Shown: positions 31,980-32,000 of the stretch, in pieces
How the letters are laid out: each line of letters starts with the position of its first letter
How positions within the stretch are numbered: the stretch's first letter is position 1
Assembly: GCF_900289195.1 (NCBI RefSeq)
Contig: NZ_OMOH01000001.1
Span: 116,705-148,704 of the forward strand
Source of the DNA: Propionibacterium ruminifibrarum
GTDB taxonomy: Bacteria; Actinomycetota; Actinomycetes; Propionibacteriales; Propionibacteriaceae
Reading direction: 5' to 3'
DNA length: 32,000 nt
Notes under the pieces: model-generated
The model's input: the letters and a program-made list of their open reading frames with translations, nothing else
The model's database searches: none
Told to the model about the DNA's origin: nothing
Translations under genes and position numbers: made by a program

Positions 31980-32000
31980 GGGGGGGGGGGGGGGGGGGGG
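31978..32000. repeat. 23-nt poly-G homopolymer at the window end (probable sequencing or assembly artefact)
   Basis: An uninterrupted G run from 31978 to the last base interrupts the transposase reading frame. Confidence 0.9.

Overview
Very GC-rich (by eye about 70%) chromosomal segment of a high-GC Gram-positive bacterium (Actinomycetota; a Propionibacteriales-like organism is only my impression). It is mostly core housekeeping DNA. The first 12.7 kb follows the order I recall for the Mycobacterium tuberculosis Rv2125-Rv2109c region: PAC2 protein, metH, trmI, prcB, prcA. The ATPase, depupylase and Pup genes (mpa/arc, dop, pup) that normally sit between trmI and prcB are absent, and prcA is translationally coupled to tyrA, followed by cmk and der. 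The rest holds an L,D-transpeptidase, a PEBP protein, and a four-gene iron-siderophore ABC importer whose binding protein carries an odd low-complexity insert. Next come a CbiX-type chelatase, a GH1 6-phospho-beta-glucosidase preceded by a 58-aa stand-alone CAT (BglG/LicT-type RNA-binding) micro-ORF, and a Zur-box-controlled set of cysteine-less ribosomal protein paralogs (L28, L33, L31). These are followed by a TipAL-like MerR regulator with a ptipA-like operator, a decayed VapC pseudogene, a DUF418 membrane protein, and an NSS transporter with a 37-aa MetS-like small subunit. The window closes with an in-frame MerR-aldo/keto-reductase fusion behind a textbook 19-bp-spacer MerR promoter, then a truncated ISL3-type transposase running into a 23-nt poly-G tract that looks like a contig-end artefact. 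Three real genes are missing from the supplied ORF track because they are under 60 aa: rpmG, the CAT micro-ORF and the MetS-like ORF. I saw no tRNA, rRNA or CRISPR array. I see no defence island or obviously new multi-gene system. The most unusual items are the CAT-only micro-ORF, the pup-less proteasome locus and the MerR-AKR fusion. Many long ORFs in the track are antisense or out-of-frame high-GC artefacts and are not reported as genes.
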